A stretch of DNA of 64,000 bases, from contig OZ024742.1 in the NCBI GenBank assembly GCA_964016885.1, positions 321,532,001 through 321,596,000 of the forward strand, read 5' to 3'. The notes beneath the pieces were generated by a model. The model worked only from the letters and a program-made list of their open reading frames with translations, did not search any database and was not told the origin of the DNA. Below, one piece after another: positions 27,900-42,768 of the stretch (the first letter of the stretch is position 1; each line of letters begins with the position of its first letter). This DNA comes from Eledone cirrhosa. Taxonomy: Eukaryota. The position numbers were made by a program, and so were the translations under genes.

Positions 27900-28163
27900 A
27901 TTAATCAAAAGAACATCTATTTTATTAATACTTATATTTTAATATATGTATATGTATATATATATTGTCTACAGCAAGAAGACCGGGAAGATCACAAATC
28001 AATACAGTTTAAATCTGAGTGCATGTGTTTATATGAATACACACACACACACACAACCCCATATATCTTTCCATCTCTGGGAGTATTTTATACGATTTTC
28101 TCAACTATTAATGTAGTCAGTTACATTAAACACTAATTTTAAGATTTCATATATATATATATA

Positions 28164-28202
<39 letters not shown>

Positions 28203-28316
28203 GTGTGTGTGTGTAAATGTGTGAGTGTGTGTGTGTTGTATGTGTGAGTCCCAGGTTCAATCGGGAGAAAGCACGGTAAGTAAGGTACTGAATACATTAG
28301 TAGAGTGTAAACATCA

Positions 28317-28410
28317 AATTTAATGTAGAAATGGCTTCTACAGGACTAGAACTGTTTCTGTTTCTATCGAATGAAACAGTTCTAGTCCTGTAGAAACCAC
28401 TTCTCTCTCT
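28317..28410. mobile_element. Family E fold-back element
   Basis: Arms 28332-28358 / 28373-28399 carrying GAAACAG ttctagtc CTGTA/GAA; inverted twin at 30230-30326. Confidence 0.72.
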
Positions 28411-28682
28411 CTATATATATATATAAATATATGTATATAATATATATAAATATATGTATATAATATATATATATATATATATAAATATATGTATATAATA
28501 TATATAAATATATGTATATAATATATATAAATATATGTATATAATATATATATATATATATATAAATATATGTATATTATATATATAAATATATTCTCTT
28601 TTACTCTTTTACCTGTTTCAGCCATCCGGCTGAGGCCATGCTGGGGCACCGCCCTTGTGTATATAATATATATAAATATATG

Positions 28683-28718
<36 letters not shown>

Positions 28719-28772
28719 CGGCGATGAATTAGTTTTGCGAGGTTTTTTATATGAAATCGTGTGTCGAAACAG

Positions 28773-29810
28773 ATATTGTTATATTTGGGGAGGGTCATAT
28801 TTGCGTAATATTGCCAGAATTAATAACAGAACACACTCACTGTTTGGTTGGTTTTCGCTTCTCGCTGTCTTTTATATATATATATCTGCGATCTAACTTA
28901 CTCGGTCCTCAATGTTGCCATTGACTGACCGGCGGTCAAAAATAATACAGATACAATATAGACAAACACATATATATATAGTTTACATAAATCTTTCGTT
29001 GCACATCTGCAACATCGTCAGTGGTGTTATATTCATTGTTCCTCCTGTTGTGTTGTATGTCTACGCCATTTTTTTTTGTTCAGTCCGTCTATAAAAAACG
29101 GGTCAGTACTATACGAACATGCTAGACAACATCATGACGGTAACATAGACAACATAGAAATTAGAATAATATCTAAACATAGGAATGACCCAGCAGATAG
29201 GCAAATCAGAGAGGCCAGTGAAATAGAAATTAGAAGACCAAAGCTAAACAGAAAGAATGAGTGGAACAACAACAACACCCAAACAAACAACACTGACCTA
29301 AGAGAAGTATAAATAAATAAGTAAATTAAATTAAATAAAATAAGATAAATAAATACATACACAAGCACATAAACACACACTAGTCACCCAGCAGACACAA
29401 CACTATACACACTAGTCACACATCACACACGCAAACGCATGCGCAAAGAAGACAAAATAAAATAAGATAAACAAACAAGCAAATAAATAAATAAATATAT
29501 AGACGGACTGAACAAAAAAAAATGGCGTAGACATACAACACAACAGGAGGAACAATGAATATAACACCACTGACGATGTTGCAGATGTGCAACGAAAGAT
29601 TTATGTAAACTATATATATATGTGTTTGTCTATATTGTATCTGTATTATTTTTGACCGCCGGTCAGTCAATGGCAACATTGAGGACCGAGTAAGTTAGAT
29701 CGCAGATATATATATATAAAAGACAGCGAGAAGCGAAAACCAACCAAACAGTGAGTGTGTTCTGTTATTAATTCTGGCAATATTACGCAAATATGACCCT
29801 CCCCAAATAT

Positions 29811-29818
<8 letters not shown>
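28773..29818 (+). mobile_element. 5'-truncated Penelope-like element with inverted pLTR
   Basis: Apparently identical 321-bp inverted arms (28773-29093 / 29498-29818) around a GIY-YIG C-terminal fragment (SVLYEHARQHH..RQIREASEI..PKLNRKNEW); hammerhead motif CTGACGA-T-GTTGCA gatg TGCAAC-GAAA at 29570-29597. Confidence 0.88.
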
Positions 29819-29864
<46 letters not shown>

Positions 29865-30033
29865 GATATTAACAAATGGAAACTATATTTATAAAACCAT
29901 ATCTATTTTATTATACATATTTCAAGGATACCATTTGTTAATATCGTATATTTACTCCAAATACTTGTCGAGTGCTTTATAGCAGTTATAAAAATATTTG
30001 CTTGTTGTTTCCCAACAATTTAAATAGAACTTT

Positions 30034-30089
<56 letters not shown>

Positions 30090-30107
30090 CATAGATAGAT
30101 ACATACA

Positions 30108-30204
<97 letters not shown>

Positions 30205-30229
30205 CATATATTTATATATAGAGAGAGAG

Positions 30230-30326
30230 AGAGATAGAGAAGTGGTTTCTACAGGACTAGAACTGTTTCATTCGATAGAAACAGAAACAGTTCTAGTCCT
30301 GTAGAAGCCATTTCTACATTAAATTT
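30230..30326. mobile_element. Family E fold-back element, inverted twin
   Basis: Reverse complement of 28317-28410. Confidence 0.72.
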
Positions 30327-30689
30327 ATATGTATAAATTACTGTTGGCTTCTGGCTCACATTCATTTCTCTTTTTTCATTTATATATATATATATATATA
30401 TATGTGGGGGGGTGCATGCGCACGTGTATACCATTCTTAATATGCGGTGTTGACAAAAAAACACACGCGCCATTCGAGAGAATTTGGCTGCTATTTCTAG
30501 TAAGTCGTCAAGTAACTATACAGTCTCCCTAGCTGGAATGCGCATTATTTTGATATATCGTGGTTGTGGGTTGCTGTTGTTATCGCTATTATGGCAGTAC
30601 ATGTGCTTCCTTCCTGACTCAGCTGAAACAACTAGATGGTTGAATGAAATGTTTTAGGAATGTTCCCGCAAAATCCTGCATATAATATT

Positions 30690-31830
30690 CCGAATCCTTA
30701 AAATACACTGAAAATGTTCAGGCCAAAAAGCATGACCCTAAAGCGCTTCGAGAAAATCTCCTACCTCTACAAACTGGATAGTTTTCCCCAACACACAGCT
30801 TCTGTATGACAATCATCTGATCTGCAGGGAGGGGTGTGCCTCCATGGACCACACAGCATGCAAGTCCTCCAGCACACAAAACTGCAACTGATTCTTCTGG
30901 ACTCTTGCTATAAGTGTAACCTTATCTTACCAGGAGACTGAAATGATCTTCAGGTAGTACTGAATTTTAAAGCACACCAGAGCCTTAATATGCTAGCTGT
31001 ATGTAGTCCACGTTGTCCCATACAGAGGAGTGGAAACACGTACTGTCCTCGAGGAAGACAGGGGTGATTAAGGACAAAGAGTCGTGTCTAAGGTGGTTTA
31101 AAATGTCTTCATCAAGCGTGCAAGCATTGGAAATTATGTTAAGTATTTGAATAGAACGAGAGTGACCACTTGTTGCTATTGTATAGAGAAAGTGAGGGGG
31201 GGGGGGAGAAGGTGCTGAAGTGTACCGTTGACAGATGACTTCAGTTTTCGGATCGTTAATTGCCAAGCTCATTCCTTCATAAGCTATAGTAGCTGCTGGG
31301 ATGGTAATATGTATGGTTTCAAGAGTGTGAACTACCAAAATACATCCACCACTATACTATAGCTCAATTGTCTCTTCAGATCTGAGTTTGGTGGTGAATT
31401 GCAGCTTTTTGATGTCGAAAAGGTTCCTGCCTAAATAGGTGTTAATAGATACTCCCGCCTCTATATGTGTAACAGTATGATCACATAGATGAAGAAAACT
31501 TTAAACAGTGCAGGAGTCAGTACGCAGCCTTACTTAACACTAAAGTGTCAGCAGGCAGCCTTACTTGACACTAAATTTCACCATGAAGAACTGAGATGTC
31601 TGTCCTCCAACAACAATTCGAGACATCCTTGTGTGAGAATAGTGGAACAGGTTCACAAATTTAGGCGAGCAGCCAAAGTTTCTGAGAACATTCTACAGAC
31701 GTTCACTCTGTTTACAATGCCAAGCACATTTGATAGATCCATAAATGCAATGAACAGATCCTGAAGTTACTCCCTGCATTTCTTCTGAAACTGCCTTGTT
31801 ATAAAGATGATGTCCTTTCGAAAGCCACAT
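30690..31830 (-). mobile_element. Old degenerate RTE (BovB-like) RT fragment
   Basis: Remnants of AFMDLSNV, VK*GCVLTPALF and INDPKTEVI motifs; many disruptions. Confidence 0.6.
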
Positions 31831-33004
31831 TGGGATTCTGGTGTTACGTTTTCTCATATTCATTGGACTAATGCGACCAAGCAACAGAGTCGTTCGAACA
31901 TTGGATAGAGTGCTTTGCGATATTCAATTCGGTTCTCTGCGCTCTAAGTTCCAATTCGACCGAGGTTAACTTTGCTTTCATCCTTTCGATAAATAAAGTG
32001 CCTATCCAGTACTGGGGTAGAATTCTCATCTATCTCTCTTCTCTCACTTTCTCTCTCGCTACCTCTCTTTCTCTTTTTCTGTAAGAAATCAGCTGTGTTC
32101 AAAAATGAAGAAAGATGGGTTTGGCCAGGCTGAAATTGCCCTCGACAGCGTCCCTATGACACCCTCGGGATTTCAGGATCTATGGATAGAGCATGAGGTT
32201 GACCAGACCAGAACCTCTCCAGCAATCTAAAAGAAGTGCAATACTCCTAAACTCTACTGTTGGAAAACAAACAGATTTGTTTCCCTTGTTTGTTGTTGTG
32301 TGTAAGTGTGTGTGCACCCGCGTGTGTTTCTTTTTGTTTCCTATTCAATGTCGAGTTATCTATCCCTGATTATCAACTCTGTGACCTTTCTTTCATTTCG
32401 TGTTCACCGTGTAGTGGTGAAAGGATTGTTGGGACCGCGTTATGAACGTTCCTTTTTTGGCTCCTTCACACAGCATATTCCGAGTGAGAGAGAGATGGGA
32501 GAGAGAAGGTGAGAAATCGACCCTTGTGCTTGACTGGTACTTCATTTATCGACCCCCAAAGGGATGAAAGACAAAGTCGGCCTCGGCGATATTTGAACTC
32601 TTAGTACAGAGAACCGGAATGAATATATCAATGGATCATAAAATTGGTGAATTAGGGCCATTTCACAATATTTTTCCATGACAGCTGACGGATAATTAAG
32701 AGGAGGGGGACTGAGTGATCTGTAGCCAGGGGTCCGTACAATATTTAAAAGGTCCCAAATTGATTTTGATATCTAGTGATCACATTACAAATGAGGAGAA
32801 ATGGGCCAGGCTGAGTAGATTTCGGAATTCCATCACCGTAAGATGACAGAAACTTGGCCACGCATGCCCACAATGAGAGTTGGGGTGGTTGATAGTGGTA
32901 TGAGGCAAATCAGACCTAACAGACTTGCAATTTGACAGCTTCACAAACATAAACACACACGCACGCACACATACATATACACATGCATTCATACACACGT
33001 ACAT

Positions 33005-33775
33005 GAGGATTGCAGCGTCTTCACAGACGATTGCCGTCTCTTATTGATTCTTCGTTATCATCCCGTCTGCATCCATGACTTCCTACATGACTTCGTAAGC
33101 GAGCTGTGGATCTTCATGGTTTACAACACAGATGACAGAAGAGAGTTGTGCTTTCCACAGGACCGGTGTGGTCTCCCTGTGGGATACAATCTTCATGTAC
33201 CACCATGTGTTTGTTTTAGTCCGGAACTAGTTCTACACACTTTGTTGCATATCACGCACGTTGTTTAGCTATGTATTTGTTGAGTGGTGTTGCAGGTGGT
33301 TATCCTTTAATGTGACTTCAGGTGATTAACATAACCAGCCTTTGAGAGGAGTAGACGCTGACAGAAATTGCATGTCCAACTTCATCAAGACTATGAATAC
33401 AGCCCTTCCGGAGCTGACGCTTCGGTTGTTTATGTTCTAGACGACATTCCTCAAAAATTTTGCAACTGCCCTTTATGCGCTTTCTCCACTCAGCCCTATT
33501 TAGAGTTATCTCCTCCAATTGTCTATATCAATGTCAACTCGTTAAGGTTGTTCTTGATGCTGTCCCTGAACCTCATTTTCGGTTTGTGCTGAGGTTTTTT
33601 TCCAAGATGGAGCTCACCGTAAAACAATTGCTTCGGGATCCTGATTTCTTTCATGCAGACGATATGTCCTGTCCAGCGCATTTGAGAAGATCTTACTTGG
33701 GACTCAATGCTTTGATAAGAACATGGATGTCAGGAGTTCTGTCTTGCCACTTGATGTTGAATATGCGCCTTAAAC
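33005..33775 (-). mobile_element. Degenerate RTE 3' end
   Basis: Remnants of RWAGH..MKE.RIPKQLFYGEL..KPKM motifs and an RTE-like terminus. Confidence 0.68.
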
Positions 33776-34268
33776 ACACCACCACCACCACCAGCAGCAG
33801 CAGCACACCACCACACCACACACACATACATTACCTAGCTGATGTCTAAATTCCAATGAAAGAGTCTTGTTTCTATGTTAGAAACCGACTTTCTCTCTAT
33901 TGGTGAAAATTTATAAAATAATAAAACCAGAAGAAACACACATACATACACAGACACATACATACATACATACATACATACATACATACATACATACATA
34001 CACACACATACATACATACATACATACATACATGCATACATACATGCATACATACATACACATACATGCATACATACATACATACATGCATACATACATA
34101 CATTCATACATACATACAGATACATACATACATACATACACATACATACATGCATACATACATGCATACATACATACATACAAGCATACACATACATACA
34201 TACATGCATACATGCATACATACATAGATACATACATACATACATACATACATACATACATACATACA

Positions 34269-34301
<33 letters not shown>

Positions 34302-34474
34302 GATGGCTGCCCCCTCGTTATCGAGTATGGCCATTGCACGAGGAGAAAAAAAATGTATATATATTAACAAATAAAAAAAAAAGAAAAGAAAAGAAAAAAA
34401 AAGAAATATATATATATATACACACACATACATATATACACACATATATATATACACACATATACATTAATAAC

Positions 34475-34509
<35 letters not shown>

Positions 34510-34607
34510 CAATAATAATAACGACAACAACAATAATAATATACATATACATATATATATACACACACACGCACACACATAAACATATCTATACACACAC
34601 ACACACA

Positions 34608-35348
34608 TGATAGCAACTAACAGCGCTGCGATCGAATGAGGCTTTTTAGCCCAGCCAATGATCTAAAATGTCTTGCACAGAGTCGGCAACCAAAACATTC
34701 ACTGGGAATAGCCGGCTGTGGTTGGAGTTCATGTACTTTTGCATGTCGCTTGAGCCCTCTTGCTGATTTACATTCTCTACCACATGCTTGGCAAGCATGA
34801 TGAGTAGCATCCCCAACAGCAGCCTGGTAGTCAACCACTGGTCTTACTTTATGACTGCGAAGATGACTTTCGAGTCCAGCTTTGCTTAGGCAGAGTCTCG
34901 CACAGACGTTGCATGTCAGCACCATAGGAGGACCCTTGCCGTCTGGAAGTGCAACAGCAATGCTCTTCCTCACATCCCGCTTTACTTTCTCGTATGCGAT
35001 TCGAGATACCTCAAAGGCAACTTTTCCCTCATATACAGTCTTTCTCCATTTATTACGATCAGCAGCAATATTTTCCCATGTATCAGCAGAGATGTTAGCG
35101 TCTTTCAGAGAGGCTTTCAAGGAATCTTTATACCTCTTTTTTGGTTTATGTGGCGGTCGTTTTCCTTTAACCAACTCTCCATAAAAGAGTTGTTTTGGTA
35201 TTCTAGAATCCTTCATCCTGGCAAGGTGACCACTCCAACGGAGTCGTTGCTTAAGCACAAGAGCTTCTATACTGTCACACATAGAGCTTTCCAAAATCTC
35301 GACATCACTGATGTGGTCCCTCCAGTGAACGCCATGGATCCGTCTGGA
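34608..35348 (-). mobile_element. RTE LINE 3' end with three C2H2-type fingers
   Basis: RLRWSGHLARM..RIPKQLFYGEL..PKKRYKDSLK followed by CxxC..H..H repeats. Confidence 0.88.
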
Positions 35349-35437
35349 TACATACATACATACATACATACATACATACATACATACATACATACATACA
35401 TACATACATACATACATACATACATACATACATACAT

Positions 35438-35828
35438 GTGATTATTGGGGCACTGGGGTATGTTAGTAACTGCCTCAATACAAATCTTGAGAAGCTAGGC
35501 TTCACGGGAACAGAAAGAACACAACTAGTTAGGAAATTACAAGTACAATCCATTAATGGAACAGTAAAAATATGTAAAACATTCCAAAAATGTTGCATCT
35601 AATAACTGCATATACACATGTACAGATACAAAGCATATACACATGCACACATACAACTCAAAACATACACATCCACACATACAATAACATCCATATCTAC
35701 ACATACATGCATACATACATATCTACCTAGTTAATGTTGTGTAAATTCCAATGAGAGTCTTGTGTCTATGTTAGAAACCGACTCTCGCTCTATTGGTAAA
35801 ACTTTGTGAAATTATAAAACCATAAGAA
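35438..35828 (+). mobile_element. RLE-type (R4/Dong-like) LINE 3' end, family 1
   Basis: VIIGALGYV..LEKLGF..LQVQSINGTVKICKTF* (stop 35600-35602); 3'UTR copy also at about 33832-33935; flanked by (TACA)n. Confidence 0.72.
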
Positions 35829-35927
35829 CATACATACATACATACATACATACATACATACATACATACATACATACATACATACATACATACATACATA
35901 CATACATACATACATACATACATACAT

Positions 35928-36253
35928 AAGGAGAAGGAGGACATCTACGGACCATTGATGAGGAGTTTACAAATCCAGTATCCAAGATACACCTTTAGCT
36001 TCATACCCATCATTATTGGTGCTACGGGTTATATACCAACCCGCTTGGACCAAAGTATGACTGAACTTGGATTTGCGGACAAAAAGCGCAGCTCCCTAAT
36101 TCATAGTCTACAAATGGCTGCGATAGCTGGCACCTTCAAAATTTGCAAAACATTCTTGCGATTCGAGGGATGACAATTTCTTTTCTTTTACAACCTTGCC
36201 ACCAGGAAGGTGGCCGGTCAAACAAATATACTCGAAATTAAGAGAAAGAGAAA
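35928..36253 (+). mobile_element. RLE-type LINE 3' end, family 2
   Basis: KEKEDIYGPL..FIPIIIGATGYIP..LQMAAIAGTFKICKTFL*; flanked by (TACA)n. Confidence 0.75.
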
Positions 36254-36278
36254 ACATACATACATACATACATACATA

Positions 36279-37415
36279 CATGGTGGCTGCCAACTCATTT
36301 TCGAGTACGGCCGCTACTTTATATCCATGTAGGAGAACCCCTACCGATGCGCTGAACAAGTGTGACTTTTTAGTCCAGCCAGCGACTTGAAAACTCTGGT
36401 ACAAACACTACACCTGTGACAATTATTGACACATAGTGCTGGGCCCATGGTACCATGTGACGACAAGTGCAGAGAGATCTCCAGATATAAAGCAATGCCT
36501 GTGCTGTGAAGCTTTTATAGTGAGCAAAGGCACTGCACAAAGCCAGTCCCACTCTCTTAACCAAGATGATATTTACCAAAAAGAAGAACAAGTCAACATC
36601 ATTGGATACCATCAGGGTTGCAGGTGTTATATCAGAGTTTTCCTTCTCCTAGAATTCTGCCTTGACAAAGGCTAAGGGGTCATCTCTCCCGGTGATTTTG
36701 GATGGCCATTGACTCTTAAGAGCTCCTTTGCCCTTTGACAGGTTTTGTTTTTAGTCCTGCAGGATGTCCAAAGTCACCCTCCTCACCAAGAAACTTTGGT
36801 GGGGTTGCCAGTTTAGTCGCCAACGACCCAACCATGAGACAGGTTGTACTGGGATACATGTTACCAGTAGCACCAACTGGAGATACATGTTACCAGTAGC
36901 ACCAACTGGTGACCTGACATACATACATACATACATACATACATACATACATACATACATGGTGGCTGCCAACTCGTTTTCGAGTACGGCCACTACTTTA
37001 TATCCATGTAGGAGAACCCCTACCAATGCGCTGAACGAGTGTGACTTTTTAGTCCAGCCAGCGACTTGAAAACTCTGGTACAAACACTACACTTGTGACA
37101 ATTATTGACACAGTGCTGGGCCCATGGTACCATGTGATGACAAGTGCAGAGAGATCTCCAGATATAAAGCAATGCCTGTGCCGTGAAGCTTTTATAGTGA
37201 GCAAAGGCACTGCACAAAGCCAGTCCCACTCTCTTAACCAAGATGATATTTACCAAAAAGAAGAACAAGTCAACATCATTGGATACCATCAGGGTTGCAG
37301 GTGTTATATCAGAGTTTTCCTTCTCCTAGAATTCTGCCTTGACAAAGGCTAAGGGGTCATCTCTCCCAGTGATTTTAGATGGCCATTGACTCTTAAGAGC
37401 TCCTTTGCCCTTTGA
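36279..37415 (-). mobile_element. Two tandem copies of a non-autonomous RTE derivative
   Basis: 36279-36918 (longer) and 36958-37415 (5'-truncated), highly similar, separated by (TACA)n; retain a C2H2 remnant CSVCTRVFKSLAGLKSH. Confidence 0.75.
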
Positions 37416-38200
37416 CATATACATACATATATACACATACACATATACATACACACACACATACATACACACACACACACATACACACACACATACATAC
37501 ATATATACATACATATATACACACATACATACACATACATACATACATATATATATACATACATATATATATACATACATATATATATACACACATATAT
37601 ACACACACATACATATATATATATACATACATATACATATACACACATATATATATACATACATATATATATACACACACATATATATACATACATACAT
37701 ACATACATACACATACACACACATACATACATACATACATATATATATATATACATACATACATACACACATATATACATACATACATATACATATACAT
37801 ACATATATACACACATACATATACATACACATACATACATATATATATACATACATATATATACACATACATACATATATACATACATACATATACATAC
37901 ACATACATACATATACACATACATACATATATATACACATACATATATATATATACATACATACACATACACATACATATATATACATATACATACATAC
38001 ATACATACATATATATATATACATACATACATATATATACACATACATATATATACACATACATATACACACACATACATATATACATACATATATATAT
38101 ACATACATATATATACACATACATATATATACACATACATATATATACACATACATACATATATATATACATACATACATATATACATACATACATACAC

Positions 38201-38255
<55 letters not shown>

Positions 38256-38942
38256 TATACACACATATATATATACATACATATATATACACATATATAT
38301 ACATATATACATACATATATATATACATACATATATATATACATACATATATACACACACACATATACATATACATACATATACATATACACACACACAT
38401 ATATACATACATATATATATACACACATATATATATACATACATACACACATACACACATATACATATACATACATATATATATACATATATATATATAC
38501 ATACATATACACATACATACATATATATATACATACATATATATATACATACATATATATACATATATATATATACACATACATATATATATATACATAT
38601 ACATATATACATATACATACATATATATATATACACATATACATATATACACATATATATACACACATATACACACATATACATATATATACATATACAC
38701 ACATATACATATATATATATATATATACATATACACATATATATACATATATACACATATATACACATATATACACATATATACATATACACACATATAC
38801 ATATATATATACATACACACATATATATATATATACACACACATACATATACATATATATACATATACACACATACATACACATATACATACATATATAC
38901 ATATACACACACATACATATATATACACATACATATATATAT

Positions 38943-38975
<33 letters not shown>

Positions 38976-39184
38976 TACATACATACATACATACATACAT
39001 ACATACATACATACATACATACATACATACATACATACATACATACATACATACATACATACATACATACATACATACATACATACATACATACATACAT
39101 ACATACATACATACATACATACATACATACATACATACATACATACATACATACATACATACATACATACATACATACATACAT

Positions 39185-39218
<34 letters not shown>

Positions 39219-39220
39219 GC
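37416..39220. repeat. 1.8-kb compound TACA/TA/CA microsatellite
   Basis: Direct inspection; source of the 600-aa low-complexity ORFs. Confidence 0.95.
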
Positions 39221-39304
39221 TGTTATAAATCTTCACAAATTTTTAGCCGAACACACAGACACAGAGAATGAACACGCTGCCAACTGACATTTGTAGTCAA
39301 GCGC

Positions 39305-39670
39305 TAAGACACATTCATACACATACACAAACATAACTAAGAGACATTCATACACACACACACAGACACAGACACAAATATAACTAAGACACATTCATAC
39401 ACACACACAGACACATTCATACACACACACACAAACTTAACTAAGACACATTCATACACACATACATACACAAACATAACTAAGACACATTCATACACAC
39501 ACACAGACACAAACATAACTAAGAGACACATTCATACACACACACACAGACACAAACATAACTAAGACACATTCATACACACACACAAACATAACTTAGA
39601 CACATTCACACACACACACACAGACGCAAACATAACTCAGACACATTTATACACACACAAACATAACTAA
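39305..39670. repeat. ~35-45 nt minisatellite AACATAACTAAGACACATTCATACACAC
   Basis: About 8-9 visible units. Confidence 0.85.
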
Positions 39671-40242
39671 AAAACATATAGACACACGTACATACGTATA
39701 CCGCCAAAACAAACACGCTCACATACAGGCAACATACATATATACACATAGACAACACACTAAGACATACAAACACATACACGTAGAAAATAACATTCAC
39801 ACACATACACGTGGAAAATTACATTCACACACATACACGTGGAAAATTACATTCACACACATAGTCACATATTCTCAGACAAGACTAACACACACGTATT
39901 CAGAGAAGTGGTTGTGTTATTCGTACATTTCTTCAGTGAGGTGTGACGAGGAATCGAAACCAGGTTTTATGGTGTCGTTTCACTACAATGCTCTATACGT
40001 CACAGTGACGTAGTGAAGCGAACACACACACACTGTGGGTATGGAGGTTAACCAGAGACCCAAAACACCTGAAGTTTCCACGGTATTAATTAGTATGATA
40101 CACATTAACACATACATATTCAGGCACACACGCATTGGGATAAACTGTATAAAATACACACAAAAATAAACATACAAACATAGATGTCGACACATATTCA
40201 TAGGGACGTAAACAGGTGAAACACACAATTATATATATATAT

Positions 40243-40442
40243 ATAGGAACGAGTAGGACCCCGATGGCTGAGCTGAAGCCGTTTCGACGGCTAATTTTTT
40301 TTTTAGTCCAGAATTAGCCGTCGAAACGGCTTGAGCTCAGCCGTCGGGGTCCTACTCGTTCCTATTACCCACTCTACTACCCTAAGTATTGAGTACTTTG
40401 GTGCGTTATGGTCCATCTGGTTCCTTACCACATTTCCTTCGT

Positions 40443-40443
<1 letters not shown>
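40243..40443 (+). mobile_element. Family A fold-back element, third copy
   Basis: Same palindrome-plus-tail organisation, embedded in (TA)n. Confidence 0.8.
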
Positions 40444-40516
<73 letters not shown>

Positions 40517-40576
40517 GAGAGAGAGAGAGATATACTGACTATGACGAAAACATCATAACAGTCGTGCGTTTGTGAG

Positions 40577-40618
<42 letters not shown>

Positions 40619-40851
40619 TGTGTATGTGTGTGTGTTTGTGTGTGTGAATGTGTGTGTGTGTGTATACTCTCCGTCAGTTTCATCGATAAGTGTAGTTGTT
40701 CGAGCTAACAACTGATTGTCAAGCTCGTTAATTAACGTAATAAGCGGCTGAGTATTCCACAGTCACATGTACCATTAACGAATATTGCCAAGCTGAATCG
40801 GTGACACACACATACAAAAATACAAACATATTTATGTGTGTGTGTGTGTGT

Positions 40852-40889
<38 letters not shown>

Positions 40890-40954
40890 CAGAAGACCAG
40901 GCATCGGGCCCCGACTCTAATATATATATATATATAATATATAATATATGTATG

Positions 40955-41021
<67 letters not shown>

Positions 41022-41067
41022 AACAGAAATAACAGAGTAAACTATACAGTATATTAAAGAAATATAC

Positions 41068-41111
<44 letters not shown>

Positions 41112-41253
41112 TTCAAATACACATACACATCAACCGAAACACATACATACTATAGAAAAACGCACTATCAAAACTTTCTCATATACACACACACATCCAG
41201 ATAAACACATACATTACATACGTACACATATATAAACACACTGACAGACATAT

Positions 41254-41325
<72 letters not shown>

Positions 41326-42004
41326 ATACACACACACACATACATATATATATGTGTGTGTGTACAAACATATATATACACACATACATATATATGTGTC
41401 TTTGTACTGACAAACGCAGATAATCATTCACGTATACACATAATTATATAAACACATTGTGATAAACACAGAAGATCACACATGCACGTACATAAACATA
41501 CTGACAAATACACGTATACACATACACAGGTAGACAGAGACACCTATATAAACACCGCGGCAAACCCACACATATACACACGCACATATTCTTATATAAA
41601 CACTGACAAATACAGATACACACATACTTTTATAAACACAGTGACATACACATTCTCAGATAAACACGATCACAAACGTACAATACACATAAGAGGCCCG
41701 CACACACAGACATACACGGTGTGACAAACACGCACACACGCATCCACCCAGATTAAAATTCTATTTTTAAAAATAAAAAACATCCTCACCCTCCACTTCC
41801 ATTCCTCTCCCACTTACCTTGATACCTTTGCCCCCTACTAATCCCCCTCTCGTTTATTTTCATTAAGTTTCTCTTTTCTCCTACCCCTTTCTCGAAACTT
41901 CGATTACATTAATATCTCTTCCTCTCGCTACTCTGATATCCCCCTTCCTCTCTCGTTGTTGTTTCTAGTTCTACCCCCTGCCCCTATTAAATCTATATTT
42001 ATCG

Positions 42005-42040
42005 TATAAAGCAGCAGGCAGGATTACTCTCACTCTCTCT
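42005..42040 (+). promoter_or_regulatory. Possible TATA box and initiator for KLF5
   Basis: TATAAA at 42005-42010 with a TCACT Inr-like motif about 25-30 nt downstream, at the boundary between repeat-rich and unique DNA. Motif evidence only. Confidence 0.3.
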
Positions 42041-42768
42041 CTTTACTTCTATACCTCTCGCATTTCCTCCTCCCTCACTGCAATCTTTCCTTACCTCCTC
42101 CCTCTCCCCTTCATTCTCTCCTTATCTATCTGTCTGTTTACCTCTAAATAACTGAGAAATTGAAGTGTTGTTGATAAACTATATATATGAGTAAAACAAA
42201 TTCGTATGTATCCAGTCGTATTCAAGACTAGCCTGCGAGGCGCTCTGCCTTTTTCTTACTCTCCAAAAAAATTAACACGCATATATATTTGTTTATATTC
42301 ACACGTACATAAACCAATAGACTGAAACAAAATAATATCATATAGTGGAAATTATTTAAAATCTTTTGTTTTTCTCAATTTTCTCATTTCATTTGTTTTA
42401 TCTTCATTCAAGGATTTTATTAAAAAACAACCGGCTTTTAAGGATACACATATATTTACTTTTCTACGGAGTTGTATTTAAACAAATATATATATATAAA
42501 CGGACGTATTTTTATAAACTCCAATTTTTTTTATTTATCTTTATAAAATTTTTTAAAAGAACCGGAATATTTTTTCCTAATTTTTCTCCACGAAAACCAC
42601 GCTTGGCTTAACATTTTTCAATTAAAGCCAGAGGAACATATACAATTCTCACTAAGTTTGAAAGTAACAAAATTCTTTGGTTATTTTCACTCTCTCATCG
42701 GATTTAATAATTTTTTTGAGATTACATCGTTGTGAGTCTTCGACAACATAAAGTTCTTTTAACTTGGG

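Noticed and set aside
34617-34930. C2H2 fingers as a host zinc-finger gene
   Set aside because: In frame with the RTE C-terminus and lacking TGEKP linkers.
37326-39271. 600+ aa ORFs (MYVC/YIHT repeats) in several frames
   Set aside because: Translation of a stop-free TACA/TA microsatellite; the same applies to ORFs at 20.5-21.0, 26.1-27.2 and 33.8-34.6 kb.
39305-39870. Regularly spaced repeats resembling a CRISPR array
   Set aside because: Spacers are CA/TA microsatellite rather than unique sequence; eukaryotic context with no cas genes.
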